Of a DNA stretch of 64,000 bases, positions 63,461-64,000 are shown one piece after another. Origin of the DNA: Antedon mediterranea (taxonomy: Eukaryota > Animalia > Echinodermata); contig NC_092680.1 in NCBI RefSeq assembly GCF_964355755.1, positions 18,857,045-18,921,044 of the forward strand, given 5' to 3'. Made by a program: the position numbers and the translations under genes. The notes beneath the pieces were generated by a model, which saw nothing but the letters and a program-made list of their open reading frames with translations, searched no databases and was not told the origin of the DNA. Within the stretch, counting starts at the first letter, position 1, and every line of letters starts with the position of its first letter.

Positions 63461-64000
63461 TAATCAAATCAAATCAAATCAATTTTATTTCCACAATATT
63501 ATAACATACATACAGTATAATAAATGCAATTAAGTATTCATGTGGGGGGAGAGTCATATAAGTCAGAAAGACTTTAAGTTTGACCCACCCCAAGATATAA
63601 CATTATTAAATACGAATATGAAAAAGAAAAAAAAATATATATATATATATATATAATACATAAACTAATAATAAATAATAAAAAACAAAGCTACAATAAT
63701 GTCGAAAAAAACATATAGAGCAGAAAAAAAAAAGTACAATTACATGTTGTGCAAAATTACTCATTCAAATCATGACTCGGACTCTATTATAGTATTAGGA
63801 TGTTCTCTCATGCTTAACAGTGCCACTATACCTTATTTAGAAATAATTGATATTACTTAATACCTGTCGGATGTTGTGGAGGAATAAAACTAATGAATCA
63901 AATTTGTTTACAATAGAAAAACAAATCCAATAAATAATTAAAATGCTAAAAGTACAATTACTTATGTAAATACTGTAACACACCCAAATTTGATAATGAA
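63461..64000 (-). mobile_element. Degenerate CR1/L2-group LINE 3' end
   Basis: (TTTGA)n tail, AATAAA, 3' UTR stem-loop resembling that of the 50-kb LINE, and a decayed IRYSG ORF2 C-terminal motif. Confidence 0.55.

Overview
AT-rich, intron-rich animal genomic DNA, probably from an invertebrate deuterostome (Deu/Nin-type SINEs, CR1/L2 LINEs, Harbinger/piggyBac/pogo MITEs); the species cannot be determined from sequence alone. The first 30 kb hold four spliced genes that I reconstructed by hand: the 5' part of DNAAF11/LRRC6 (-), a 13-exon DUF389 membrane-protein gene (+), ANKRD66 (+, with a GC-AG intron) and a complete 17-exon HBS1L (-) carrying the alternative terminal exon for the SKI7-like exosome-adaptor isoform. 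The remaining 34 kb have no recognisable conserved gene. They contain a cluster of tandem arrays, many MITEs and SINEs, a LINE with an uninterrupted EN-RT frame, and Penelope-type hammerhead relics. The most striking observations are: (i) several 21-38 bp CATRG-ended palindromes flanked by 7-bp direct repeats, with arms of at most 17 nt, matching P-superfamily excision footprints; (ii) TAGGCCTA/CTAG-rich tracts at the 5' end of all four genes; (iii) an unusual 3' splice-site architecture in front of the SKI7-like exon; (iv) a structured ~180-bp repeat with dimeric higher-order organisation. All coordinates were read by eye and no database searches were run.
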